From: Basidiobolus meristosporus CBS 931.73
Taxonomy: Eukaryota > Fungi > Basidiobolomycota
Length of the DNA: 64,000 nucleotides
Assembly (NCBI GenBank): GCA_002104905.1
Contig: MCFE01000299.1
Span: 36,556 to 100,555 of the forward strand
Direction: 5' to 3'
A model generated the notes under the pieces. The model ran no database searches. It saw only the letters and a program-made list of their open reading frames with translations, and was not told where the DNA came from. The translations under genes were made by a program, and so were the position numbers. Shown piece after piece: positions 38,241-51,400 of this stretch. The stretch's first letter is position 1, and every line of letters starts with the position of its first letter.

Positions 38241-39988
38241 TGTAGAGGTACTCCTGGGAGAAGCTACACAACTCAAGGTGTGTGAGGTGTCTGATGGGTG
38301 CAATAACCTCTGTGTCTAAACTGCTGGAGGCTTTATCAATATGTTACTATGGTAAAAGCTCATGCTTCTCTAGCTTCCTAGGTGCTCCAAGTGTCTCCAA
38401 AGACCTCAAACATATCCCAGATCCACTGTCTATATGACATAGGTTATCTTGATTATGCACAGTTCCTGTAGTTGTTGCAGTTGCCACTGAGTAGTAGTGT
38501 TTCTGGCTTTGATGCAGCTTACTGATATCTTGGCTTCCCTGAACTGTCCTGACCTGGTTGCCTTGAGTTACTTCAATTGGATGCTTTCTTAATCTGATGT
38601 GCTCATCCAGAGTCTTTCTTACAGATGGTGATACACTGAGTAGCTCTCCAACCTTGATTGATATGTTGCTTCCTAGTATATGACATGTCAGAGCCTCTGG
38701 GGTACCATTTGCTTGACTCTAGGCTGCATGTGGTAGTTGTGGCCTTGGCAGACTCTTGTAAAATTAATGGGGGTGCTGCTTTCTTCTCAATCACAACTTC
38801 TGGCTCACATCTTGGTACTTTTGTTGCTGAGCCTGGATTAGCCATTTTTTCAGGATGGTGACTCTTTGAAGCATAAATTGAAGCTATATGATCTTGGGCC
38901 TCTGTGGGGTCCTCATAGTTAAAGTTCAGAACTTCAGATGGATCAAAGTAGTCAGGAACTTCTTCTTCATGAAGGTGCACCTTTCTTGTATGAGTGGTGA
39001 CTTGCATGTAGTGAACTCTCATTCCTCCTTGTCCAAATGCTGTGGATAACTTGTCACCATGCTTACTGACTATATATCCCTGAGGACTACATAGGACTTC
39101 ACCTGTGGATAGTAATGACTGAAGCTCTTGGCAATTTCTCTTGGAATGGTTGGCAGAGTTACACCACATGCATATATATTTGACTTCTTTCTCTACTGGC
39201 TTCTGCCTATATGCTTTGCTGGCAAGTAGCAAAGAGGGTTTCTGTAGTTGCTATGACAGCTCCTGAATTTGAGTTCTTTGATTACTGGGATTAAGTAAGT
39301 CTTGGCTATCTTGCTTTTGTGCTGAGCTTGAAAGAAGGTTTCTGATTGGTGAGGTTTCTTCAGGGGCAAGTAGAATCTGCTTAGCAAACTGAAATGCAGG
39401 CAGTGGACTCATAGCTTTCACAGTAGGATTGTTTTCAATCCTTCTCACCAGGTCTTCTGGCAGTGCTCTGAGAAGATAGGCAGATAAAGTAAAATCAGTG
39501 ATAACTTCTTGGGCTTTCAGTGACTCTCCAATTTTCTCAAGGCCACTCAAGTATTCTTTCAATGGTAGCAGCTTATACTTGCTATAAGCAAAGTTCTCCA
39601 AGTCTTTAAGTGTGTTGTTGACTTGTCTCTCTCCATATTCATCAATGAAGTAGCTCCTCAAGAGGGTCCAATTTGTTAGCAGATCATTTCTTTCATATAA
39701 TGAGAGCATGATCACATCAGCGCTGTAAGGGGGCATCTCTTCAGCCATAATGGCCTTGGGTATTTTATGGGCTCTGCAAAAAAGCTCCCACCTCTTGATG
39801 AAAGCTTTAACTTTAGTTCCTTCAAAGAAAGGAGTTCATTGCATTCCTGGTAAAGGTAGATCCATGGTCTTGATAATTTGTTCTTTCTTAAGTCTTCTAG
39901 GGGCAGTTCAGTCAAACCCCCCCATGTTGGGTGCCAAATATGTGGTGGTGTAGAGGTACTCCTGGGAGAAGCTACACAACTCAAGGTG
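38241..39988 (-). mobile_element. Ty3/gypsy family 2, internally deleted (LTR tail, tRNA-Lys-type PBS, gag with CCHC knuckle, 3' LTR piece)
   Basis: Minus strand ..TACACCACCACA-tatt-TGGCACCCAACATGGGGG (Lys PBS TGGCGCCCAACGTGGGG with CpG>CpA changes, 39919-39936); gag CMWCNSANHSKRNC; 42-bp direct repeat at 38241 and ~39947; LTR tail similar to family-B solo LTRs. Confidence 0.8.
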
Positions 39989-41479
39989 AGTTACTTGCAC
40001 TCTCTTGTACTGTTACAAATAACTGCTCATCAGTAGTCATATGGTTTGCCTGCTCCAGTTTCATTTTTTCATCTGCTTATTTCTTCTTGCATTCTCTTGC
40101 CCAGTGTCCTGGCTTCTTACAATAGTTACAGCAATTAGGTTTTCTTTGGTTTTCTTGCTTTCCCTTCTTTTCTGTGTGAATTTCTGAGCTGAATAGAGCA
40201 TTGTCTTCAAGTTTCTTTGCTTGATCATCACATCTGAGTTCTTCTTTCAGAACGCTTCCTTGGACATAGTTTTTGAGGCATGGATTTGTCCAATGATGGA
40301 ATCTGGCACATTCATACATATGGCTTTAAGGACCTATCTCTCCTTTTCTTGAAGCTTCTGCATTTCTTCTGCTGCTCCTTTGGGCTCAACTTTGCTTCCT
40401 GCTATTATATTATAAAGTTTTCTATTGTCAAGGTGGATCTGCATCTTGATTCTCCCAAGTCAGCAGTTCTTTATATAAAGCCTCTCCTTTACAGGGAAGA
40501 TGTTTGTATTGTTCTGTTTGCTAGTTGAAGTTGTCTCAAGAATAGATTAAGGCAAATGGGCTCATAACCTGTAGCAACTTAAGAAGTGATCTGGATATAA
40601 GGAACTTATCAAGAAGTAGTGATAATAGCTGAACTGTTGTTTATTCACAAAGAGGCACAGTAATTATACCTTTGTAGAAATAATACAGCTATAACACCAA
40701 GTAAAGAGGGTTTCCTATCACTCAGGAGCATTTTGTATCAGTTGCAGGGTTAGTACATAATATTTGGTAAAAAGTGTTAATTTTATCTTGACTGCATGGG
40801 AGTAATCATAGGATCATAGATCTGAAGAAACTGGCAAAGTTGGAGCTGTAAATTAGTCCTAAAGTGACCAAGATTAGTCTTGAATTGTTAACAAAATCTT
40901 TAGCTGCTGAATGATACCAAATAGTGCAATATTTGAACACCTGCACTATGTGGGACAATATTGCACATTATGGTGCAATCTGACATGATGAGGTTGGCAC
41001 AGACATTTGCGCCAACTTGTAATATTTGCATTGCGTGTGCAACTGGATAAAATTGTAGTGGTAGGTAGAGCTCAGTACTTAGATATGTTTCTTTAGGTAA
41101 ATGGAAATAAATATGTATCACACTATAAATTACACTGTTACTTACCATTTTGGGTACCATCACTTCAATTAGATAGTATGTCAATGGCTGATTGGTCTAA
41201 GAGTATCCTGAGGTTCTTAGCCCCCAATTAGCTCATTGACCAATACACAAGCTACCTAATTTATGATCAAATATCTCATTTTGCCTATTGAGCTAGTAAA
41301 TCCCTGATCTTAGTAATTGGGCAAGGTGTCATAGACAGCACACAACCAATTGTATAGGTGCAATTCAGATCAAATAGTTGCACTGGTGTTACAGATGATG
41401 TATACATATGCAGGGTGCTTGTTATAGGGGCTCTGTCTCAAATGTGAGACAACCCTGATATTACTGATAACAAAAATTT

Positions 41480-42781
41480 AGTGATCACTAATTTGCAATG
41501 GCAAAACAAATGCATAACTTGGATTATGACAAATGATAACAATTCAGTGCAATTGCATTATATTCCTCTAGGTTTTTTCTCAAAGGGATTACTACTGAAG
41601 CACTTGGTAGTGATTCACTTTGCACACCTGTACTACTACCTTGTTGACTACTATCTTGGCTGCTAGTGTATTTGTAGCCAGTATTTTACTTCCTAATTGA
41701 TGATTGCAATGTTGGAGCTTGGCTACACCAAAATGCACCAGACAATATGACAGAACCGGCCTGAAGTGCCACATGCTGATATGTTCTTTTACTTGCCAAA
41801 GGCTCCGGTAGTGGAGGCACTTCATGTGGGTCATTGTCAGTCTGTTCACTGGCAGTAACTTGCTGATGCTCAGGTGTGCCAGCATATGCATGTGTGACTT
41901 GATGCATTGGCATGGCCCTTAGCTGAGTTCAATGTGATGTTACATGTTGACCCAACTTGGCCCACTCCAATTGGACTTGTATCTAGATGAGGAGTTTGGT
42001 GAATTCTGGTTGTTTTGCTCTGAAGTGTGCACATTGATCTGATGTGCATAGACTCAATGTGGGCACTCTTGTGAGGGTGTTGGCATACATTGGACTGACA
42101 TGCACTGGAATGCAAATGTTACAAGGGATTGTAAGGAATTCAGCAAGGCATGCTGGCACAATCTAGATGCAGTTGCTTGTAGTTTGTATTCTTCCTCTTG
42201 AAGCTCACCTTCTGACTCCTCAAAGTACTCACTCACCCACTGTCTGATACTTGGGAACTGTTGCCTTGATGAGTCCTGTGTGTATTGTTCTTAGAAGCCA
42301 TTTAGCTCTACTAACATCAGGCACAAAGAGATGCATCCAGCCCATACTGTGCAAATTGTGCATGTAATTGTTTGCAAGCTGCTTCCTCATCAAATCCCCT
42401 CACGCTCAGCTCATTCTTGATTTCAATACCTGTCTTGTCATATATCTTCTTAGAGACATCTGCTAGCATCTTGATGTAGAACTCATGCCACTGCTTTGTA
42501 CTCAAATCCTTCCATCTCTGTTGACTTTCTGAGGCATCCAGTTCTGCTAGATTAATGAGTAGCACCCATATATCTGTATGAAGTCCCATCATAGACTCTT
42601 GGGCCATACTAAAATCTTTTGGCAAGAATTCAAATGGATCTGACACCAACTTTCCAGGTCCAGACCATGCTTGTGAGCTGGGGGATGGGCTTTTTCTGGG
42701 CTGACTAACAATGTGTTGAGACTTAGTATAGGGACCATAGTAACAGATTAGAATAAATATATAGTAATGTATTGGCATCAA
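41480..42781 (-). pseudogene. Decayed second ORF of element X (possible Myb/trihelix-like DNA-binding partner protein)
   Basis: WHEFYIKMLADVSKKIYDKTGIEIKNELSVRGFDEEAACKQL followed by a low-complexity Q/T/S region; repeated in four X copies. The Myb call is inference. Confidence 0.45.
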
Positions 42782-43328
42782 CTTGGTCTTATAGTTAATC
42801 TATACAAATACTAATGTGATTGCTGAATTTTCCATATATTATGCATGCATCTCAGATTGCATTGACACAGATCAGATCACATGAATTGCAGATTTCCTAT
42901 TTGTTCATAGACTTGTGAGTAAAGTATCAATAAAGATATTAAGTCATCCCTTGAGGATGATCTCTGCAACATAATGAAGGGATACTTGACAATTGATGGC
43001 AATTTAACCATAATTCATGGAAAATCACATGAATTAAGCAGATTGCGCCATAACAGCTCAACTCTCCTCTATTTGATCACATAACAATTTGGATATGACA
43101 TACTCATTTGAGTGGCCTTTTGTCATTAATTCCATCACTAACACTGGATTTCCTTTTAACACATTAGAGGAGGTCTATACCAAGTACTGTGGGCTATCCA
43201 CCCCAATTTACCTGAGGAGATCCCTTGTTAAGCTTCTCTGCAGTCACAAGAACTAATGCCCTACAAGGTTTCATCCCACCATTCATGGCAACAAAAGTCC
43301 TAGAAGTTTTCATTCCCAGCTGATACTA

Positions 43329-43864
43329 ATGGAGAACCACCTTGCAGAGGGTATGAATGACCTAGAGCAAGCTTGGAATACTAGGCTCAGAAGCTCCAAT
43401 AGACTTCCAATTCCCAGAGTGTTCAGCCACAGGTTCCATACCAGAAGTATTATGGTTACCTTCCCAGTCAGGATTAAAAAACCTTCTGGAGAGCAGAGGG
43501 ACTTTGATTCTGGCAAATGCAAAGCACACTGTGTGAGGTTTCATGCACTTTCTAACATTGAGGGTTACATCATCTGGCTTAGTGAGCCATTTGTTGGAAG
43601 AAGGTGCAACAAAGCACTCTGGGTAGAGAAACATCCAGAATTCAGTAGAGGGGAAAATGTATGGTAGACTTGGCTTATATAGGAGAGGATTGCCAGAGAT
43701 CCAGATGTATTACGGCTCATAGGAAGCCAAGGAATGGAGTAATCAGCAGGATGCAGAAGCTCTACAATGAGATATTTAATCATTTCAGAATGAGAGTAGA
43801 GTAAACATTTGGATATCTGAAGAGATTCAGCATATTAGCAGGTATATACAAAGGAAAGTCATAA
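43329..43864 (+). pseudogene. DDE_Tnp_4 (PIF/Harbinger/IS5-like) transposase remnant
   Basis: VRIKKPSGEQRDFDSGKCKAHCVRFHALSNIEGYIIWLSEPFVGR.. then a frameshift to MVDLAYIG..HRKPRNGVISRMQKLYNEIFNHFRMRVE*TFGYLKRFSILAGIY. Confidence 0.8.
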
Positions 43865-45149
43865 GCAGGAGAAATCAGCAAAGTAGGTAAAATAGTTAAA
43901 ATACTTTTTAGTGCCCAGTTTATTCATAAAAGATGGCATCCACTGAGAGAAATGTGTCTGGAGAATTATGAAGAGCAAATCAAGCAAGAAAAGAACTGTT
44001 GTGAGCAACATAAGTAAGATTGAGTAAAAATACTGGTAACTGTATTCCACCACTGGCATCAAGGTAGAAATTAGAGTGCCAGATTAATCCCAAAATATAT
44101 ACAGCCAGGCACTATGTGGCACTATCCAACCAAATAAATCTATTGATCCCATCAAGACACTATGCAAAGACCATCAGAAAGTAATTGCCACCCAGATTTC
44201 ACAAAAATGTATTCAAGATTACTCATCAAACAGCACTTACATTAAGCCCAACTCGCACTCAACAAGTAACCAAATTAAATCCACCACTCAATAAGTATTT
44301 CTGCTGTAAAACTCTGTTTCCATGACTCTGGTGGGATCCCTGCAGCTCTTTGCCACTGTTCATTCACTGGTTCCCTTACATCCTGGTCTTCAGCCAGTAC
44401 TGCAAGGTCTAGGACCTAATCTGCCAGTCCTTGCAATATTCAAGAGCATTTTGTTGAATAGTGCTCTTGAAGAAGTGCTGCAACCTCTTGGTGTTCAGTT
44501 ATTGTTGTAAAATCCCACTGAAAGCAATACAATAACCTTTTGCATTTTTGACATAGTAAGTTTGTCTGTCAGTATGATTTCCACACTGTCAACAATGGAG
44601 GATGTGATGGCTGCAGCAGACAAAATGCTATTCTCTGCAAGCTCATCTACCTTACAGGAGTGTTGCCCAACTAGCTGCGCTTCCAACTCTTGTAAAAACA
44701 GCTGTTTTCTTGTTGGTAATTCTTCTTGGCTATAATGGAAATCATTATGTTCCAGGACTATAGTGCTAATTGGCAAGAACTGCAGCTTTTTTCCCTTGCT
44801 TCCCAGTCTCTGGCATGGATAGACTTTTTCCCTTTACTGTTTACCTTATTGCTGCCAGGTCTTTCACTGCTACTTTGACTGAGAACATTTTGTAATGAAC
44901 TTTGTTTTCTCATTGATAAATGCTGCTCTGATGCAACTTTTTTGTCCTGTTTGCCCCTTGCTGGCACTCTGTGGGCAGCCTAACACTTCTTTTCCACTTG
45001 TTTGAGCTCTCAGCCCAAGAAGTAGCAGGCCTCTGAGGTAGCCACAGGTTTTTATCACTGTCTGGTCCTTCACTGCTACTTTAACTGAGTGCTTTGTGAG
45101 TGGAACTATCACCTCATCTTTACAGCTTTACATTGCAATAATTGCAAGG

Positions 45150-46687
45150 ATGCCATATACTTTTTTTTGCTGGTAACATATATATCTTGCAAACAAATGC
45201 TTGGTTGCCACCACTTCTGCCATCAATGCCTCTGGAATATCAGCAAAGAGCTTCTTGGTATTTAGCCAATATATTCACTCTTCCTGCTGGATTTTAGTCC
45301 CTCTTATAGGTGTGCTCTGGCTCTTGTTTGTGTGAATTCCATATTGAATAGCATAGAACTTGACTTGTGATCAAGGGAAATCCAGCATAGCTTGGTGGAG
45401 TTCTTCAAATAAAATTAGTTGCTTGTTGCACCCAACCCTAGTTGCTATACTTAACTGATCAACTGCACATTGAGGCTGCTTAGCTTCTCAATGCCATATG
45501 CAGAGGTGTTTCCACGTGCACATCTGTCCTCAGTATTTTCCAATTCTTCCTGGCTGTCCTCCATGTGCCACTCATCACATCCATGACAGACTTGAAGGTA
45601 TAATTCTTGATGAGATTGGGATATGGTAGTACCTGCAAGTTGACTTGTCATCCTATCTCCTCACATCTGCACCATAAGAAACTCCTAAAAGATGAAGCAA
45701 GGTTCTTTATTCTCAATGCACCAAGCAAGATAGAGTAGAGAATGAATACTGCAGCAGCAGAGATCTATGTGCTCAGCTTTTTGTTAGTAGTATAGGTGCT
45801 CAAGTTCTGCCACAGACTCCTTGCATCAAAGCTGTAGATGTGTCACATTGGCATTGCTGATCTGCTCCTGGATGAACATTTCTACAATGTCAGCATATGA
45901 CTCTCAGTGCTTCCAATACACTTGTGGTAGAGATGTATTCAGTAGGCTACTTGATCAAGTGCATATTCAGTTCATCCAATCCTTGCCCTGGTATTGCTGC
46001 AATTGTGTACAAATGTTGATTGGAGCCCATGAGAAGTACTTAGGGTAGCAGTTACTCTGCAATATCTTGCCAATTCTTTCAAATATCTCCAGTATGCTGC
46101 AGGGCTCATTTAGCTTGAAACACCCCATGTACAACTTGGTCATCAGTATAGGCACAGTGTTGAAAATTAAATGCATTGCTCCCAGTGGAGGTACTTTTGC
46201 TCCAACAGATGCCCTCTATCTTAAGTATCTCTGGTTTCCAATTGATTCCATATTCCAGCCAATGGCTTATAGCTTGCCAACTTTACTGCATTTGCATGCC
46301 AACTTCTGTATGTTCTGTGTAAAGATAATGTTCTTAGCATTGGTGTTTGGTAATAGTAATGTTTGTGAGTTATGGAGTAAATCTCCTGGATCTCACACAT
46401 TCAACAGCAATACTGTCCCTTGTGCCCAGGAAAGCCAGCTATCCTACTGATGGCTGAGGAATCTCCAATGCAGATGATGATATGCAAATATACATACCAG
46501 CCATTGACTGTTATCCTGTTGGAAAGCACACATAATCCATGCAGCAGTGGATACTGGTAGCTATCCAAGTTGGATTGTAATATGGGCCCATAAACCAATG
46601 AGACTGTCATCAGATCTAAACTCTGATACCATAAGATAGGCAGCAGCTTTGGGCTGATATAAGTCAGTAGCCAGCAGTATTTGCTGG
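45150..46687 (-). pseudogene. CACTA/EnSpm-like (Tnp2/Transposase_21) transposase remnant
   Basis: VSLVYGPILQSNLDSYQYPLL..AGFPGHKGQYCC; homologous to 56.7-58.0 kb. Confidence 0.75.
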
Positions 46688-47056
46688 TGTTACAAGTCTT
46701 GGTATAAGGGTTGTGGAGGAATAGGGAGTTTAGCTAGCATTATATTCACTAGAACTTGAACTGCTTTTTATTGAGGTTCCAGCAGCTCCTTATATACATC
46801 TTGCTTGATCAGTTGCTGATTAATTATATTTCCTAATGTAGGCTGTGGCTGATGACGTATTTGATTGCATCATTATCAACCATTAAGATCCTACTTAATA
46901 TATATATTGCTGTCTGATAAGGATCTGCTGATTCATTTGGTGAGTAATGCTACCAATTTAATAGGTAATAATGATATACTGATAAGCTAAACATATAACA
47001 AGTTGAATTGACAAAAAACTAACCTAACTTAAACAGTCAAGTGGTAGATCATAACA
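46688..47056 (-). mobile_element. Gypsy family-1 LTR (minus orientation)
   Basis: TGTTACAAG...GATCATAACA; matches the LTRs at 35180 and 59686. Confidence 0.88.
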
Positions 47057-49269
47057 CATTTTTCAAGGAACATGCTAAATATCTGGGACACAAAGCAACT
47101 AGCACAGGAGTGACTTTAGACCCTAAGAAGGTTGAAGTTATCAAGAATCTGCAGCAACCCCATAGCATATCAGAATTCAGATCATTCCCTGGAATGCTTT
47201 CCTATTATTGGAGATTTGGCAAGTCCTTTGCAAGTATTGCAGCCCCTTTAGCTGATATCCTGAAGAAAGACAATACCTACAAGTGGGACATAGCTTGTGA
47301 GACTGCCTTTTGGTTGCTCAAGAATGAACTTGCTAAGCTGCCAAGCTTAGGAATACCTGACTTCAGAAAAGAGTTTACTCTGTGCACAGATGCTTCATAT
47401 CATGTAATTGGTAGAGTGTTGAGCCAAGAACACAAGGGAAAGGACTACCCAGTTGCCTTCAAATCTAAGTAGCTAAACTCAGCAGAACAAAACCATCCAG
47501 TGCATGAGGAGATGCTTGCTATAATTCACTGCTTGAGTACATGAAGGAGACAAATGAACTGTGAAGACTGATCAAGCCTTGCTCAAGTTTATATTTACTC
47601 AGAAGGAACTCTCAAGAAGAATGACAAGATGGAATGAATAAATTCAGCAAAACTTGATTTGGAGATTGTCTACTGCCCTTGGAAAAGCAACATGGTAGCT
47701 GATGCCTTATCAAGATTAGATCATTTGTGGTACAGAATGAAACACTCTACCAAATTGTTGATGGAAGCCCTATACCTATTGCCCTTATGTTGCCTGCCTA
47801 GATTTAATACATAAGCTACACAATGGATACAGACAATGTGAAATTAAAGGAACTAATAGACTTATAAAAGCCAGAGCATGGAGGCCCAAAATGAAACAAG
47901 ACATTCAGGAACTAGTAAAAACATGCCCCAATTGCCAAATCAACCAAGGCCAACTACAGAGAATTGCTAAACTCTTTCCCTTGGAGCTGACAAGACCATT
48001 TGAAAGATGGGAATTGACTTTGTTGGAAGATTGCCAGTTACCAGGAAATGCAACCATTGAATCCTAGTAGTAATTGACCATGCCACTAAATGGCCAGTGG
48101 CTAAGGCAGTGCCTGTAGCCAGTGAGGAAGAAGGTGCAAGTATCATTTACCATGGGATCATTATGAAGTTTGAATGCTCTGTAGAGATTCTTTCTGATAG
48201 AGAAGCAAACTTTACAGCAAAGACATTAGAAGCTTAGGTGGAAATGTAGCACATCATATACTTGAGAACCTCAGCATATCACACTAGAACTATTAGAGTC
48301 ACTGAGCAATTTAATGGATCATTTTGAAAATTGCTGTTTAAGTATGCAAATGGAGCTATCAGTAAATGGGATGAGCATATAAACCAAACACTCTTTGCAT
48401 GCAGAGTTAGAGTACACAGCACCATCCAACAATTGCTATTTTACTTAGTTTATTGATGGGAACCAAGGATTCCAGGAGATCTTGCACAACCAAAGCCTAT
48501 AGACACCTCAGATTATGAGCTCAGTCAGCTAAGTAGACACCAGCAGCTGGAACAAAGACATCAGGAGGCACAGGCCAAAGTATCGTAAGGTGCAGAAAAG
48601 TTGAAGCAGAGATTTGATACAACTATATCACCAGAATCATTGACAGTAGGGAACTTTGTATGGCTGAGAAACAATATCCAGAATAAGTTTGAGAAACAAT
48701 GACCAGGACCTCTTAAGATCATCAGAGAATGCCCATTTGCAACTTACCAACTAGTGGACAAACAAAGGAACATCTGGGAAGATTTAGCTCATAGAAACAG
48801 GCTCAATCTTGCAAGACTTGCCAATAATACTGGACCATCAAGATATTGGTACCATAAGAAAAGAGATTCAGGAAAGCCCCCTCAACTTTGGTAGGGGAGA
48901 ATATTTTGATCTACCGCTTGAATGTTAAGTTAGATCAGTTTTTAGTCAAATCAATTAGTTATATACTTAGCTTTTCAGCATATCACTGCTATCTATCCAA
49001 TTAGTAGCATTAGTCAGCAGATGAATCAGCTGATCCTTATAAGACAAAATGGATATATTAAGTAGGACCTTATTGGGTAATGATGATGCAATGAAATGAG
49101 TCATCAGCCACTACCTGCATTAGGAAATATAATTAGTCAGCAATTGAACTGGTAAAAGTGTATATAAGTAGCTGCTGGAACCTCAATAAAAAGTAGTTCA
49201 AGTTTTAGTGAATACAGTATTAACTAAACGCCTTATTCCCCTACAACTCTTATACCCAGACTTGTAACA
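47057..49269 (+). mobile_element. Gypsy family 1, 3' fragment (RNase H-integrase, PPT, 3' LTR 48902-49269)
   Basis: [36 protein letters not shown]; PPT gtaggggagaa; LTR ending CTTGTAACA. Confidence 0.88.
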
Positions 49270-49299
49270 TGGGAACCAGTGGATGAATTGCAGCATAAT

Positions 49300-51400
49300 G
49301 CTGTAAGGCTCCTGCCAAAGTCATGTGAGCAGAGTTTTACAGTAGATATACTTATTGAGCGTAGGATTGGGCTTGATGTTAGTGTGGGGTATAGGGACTT
49401 GTATAGGTAAATACAACAAGCAATCGAAGTACTATTGAAGTTTCAATAGAAATAAAACAATTTGTATGCACAAAAAGTAAGGGAAACAGTTGAGTTTCAA
49501 AGTGCAGAGTACCAAAATGAGGCAATGGCCAATCATTGCACACAAATGTAGGAGCTTATAGAGTGTCTGGAATTAGAAAGTGAGAAAGTTGCAAAGAATC
49601 AATCAAATGCCATTTATGAATTGTTGCGATAAAGTGTTTTGTCCAAATATTTTGGGAAGTATAGGGTGCAATTATTTTTTTACAGTCTTTGCATGGTGTC
49701 CTAATGGGATCAATACCTCTGGGTCATCAGACTTGGAATTTGTGACAGCCTTTGGATGGGATCATCACAATAAACTCTCATAGGTTCAATTGTTTCTGCT
49801 ATTCTCAAGATATTTTCCTAGCATACCAATGCTGGCCCAAAATCCATTTGCTTGTTTGAGTTTAGGATAATGCTTGTGGAGCAAGTCAAGCACATCCTGT
49901 TTGACCTTGAGTTCTTGATGGTCTCATAGTATGCCAGCCTTGAGGTGTTGGCATTCTAAATTTCCAACAGCCTCTTGAATACTGAGCCACTCCTCATGAT
50001 AGTACTCAACAGCTCGACAGGTCTGAAATGTGTTCCAAATGTCAGGCTTTGGTATTAGCACTACATTTTCTCCCTCCCATGCTGTGAAAGGTTTTCTGTG
50101 GGCTTTATCTTTGGGAACTGTTGTTGTGCTTTAAAGACTTTACAGTGTTCCTCTGCTGTTACATTGGGAAATAGCTCTATTCTTGGCTCTGACATTGAGC
50201 TACTTGAGTGCCTTCTTTGCGGCAAAGATATGGCTTTCACTACCTGGAATATTGGTTGCATTATACATATTAACTGCTCATCCTGTGTCTGGACTGTTTC
50301 CTGATTTCTCTGAGCCATTGCATTTATCCTATCAGCTACTGCACCTAATTGTCACATTAATGCTATGGCATGAGCTAACAGTATACTTGCTAATACAGGT
50401 TGTGGTGACTTTGAGACAGTCACTTGCTGGTCTCCAACTGAAGGTACTGCTTTTGCAACATTCTCATCTGTCTGAGCATTATGGTCAGCTTGCAGCTCTG
50501 TTGGGATGCTCAATTCCTTATTTGACTGAGAGCCTGCAAAGCCTGCATAATTAACTTTAGTGGGCACACTGCTAGCATGGACTTTTCTGGTTGCAGACCT
50601 GCTTGTTGCACAGAATGTCAAAGCTTGCTGTTGTCCAACTGTTTGTCTGCTGCCATTGGCAGTAGGCCTTAGTTAGGAATCAGATGACTTTGCTTTATTT
50701 TTTGATGGCTTATGTACAGCAGTGCATCAAACCAAAGGGGAAATAGTGTTACATATGTGTGTGTATGTGGTGCCACAAGTTTATTTTTAATGCTTTCTAT
50801 TGCAGGTCATCTTTGATTGTTACATTCATGTAATTGCAGTATCTGAAACACAAGATTGTCTCAAATTCACATTAGTATTGACAAGAAAATGATATATTAA
50901 AGTACATTGTTGAGTATCAAACTGTCTGCCCTATGTGAAGACTACTTTGATTCAATGCCATAAGAGAAGATAAAAAGACCATACTGCTGTTGTAACAAGC
51001 CTCTCAGCTCTGAAGCACACAGACAGCATTGGATGTATTATAAGGATCATAGCCAATGTCTTGCCACACAAGTCATATATGTCCATTCATCATTTACCAA
51101 TGTACCAACAATATCTTGCCAGCCAGCTGATACATCTCAAGTGGCACCTGGCTGTACCTGTCATCTGAGGCAAACTAGTCAGGTGAGCTTGTGATGGCTT
51201 ACCCCAGTCTCCTGAGTATAGCACAGAGAGTGACAACTCTGCAGGAGCAAGCTCACTGTTAAATTATGAGCCTATTTCCCCTAGCAATAGTACCATGCAG
51301 GAGCCTGTCAAAATCCCAATATGCAATGAGACACCACCTGTCAGAAAAATGCCATGAATACTTTATAAAGTCAAGTGAGCCTTGTAATACATCTACTGCT
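49300..51400. repeat. Unclassified decayed TE sequence (minus-strand ORF remnants 49.5-50.6 kb)
   Basis: CpG-depleted; 49650-49790 is homologous (inverted) to 33230-33307 + 44142-44200. Confidence 0.5.

Larger units (their letters stand above)
33422..40939 (-). mobile_element. Ty1/copia element (two ~368-bp LTRs), internally disrupted by nested gypsy elements
   Basis: LTRs at 33422-33789 and 40570-40939; PBS GGTTATGAGCCC (40558-40569); PPT GAGGGGGAG next to the 3' LTR; gag remnant 39990-40530; RT/RNase H remnants 33800-35179; TSD cttgc/cctgc. Confidence 0.85.
33308..44141. mobile_element. Element X, copy 3: PIF/Harbinger-like DNA transposon with both ends and a 3-bp TSD (att), carrying a nested copia
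   Basis: Left end ATACTTGCTCTATTG, right end ATGTGGCACTATCCAACCAAATAAATCT. att lies at 33305-07 and 44142-44. The empty-site sequence (gaggtattgatccca) is seen on the minus strand near 49.7 kb. Confidence 0.75.

Noticed and set aside
38241-39988. 42-bp direct repeats as a novel short-terminal-repeat element
   Set aside because: Explained as the truncated ends of two gypsy-2 LTRs; the PBS and gag follow one of them.
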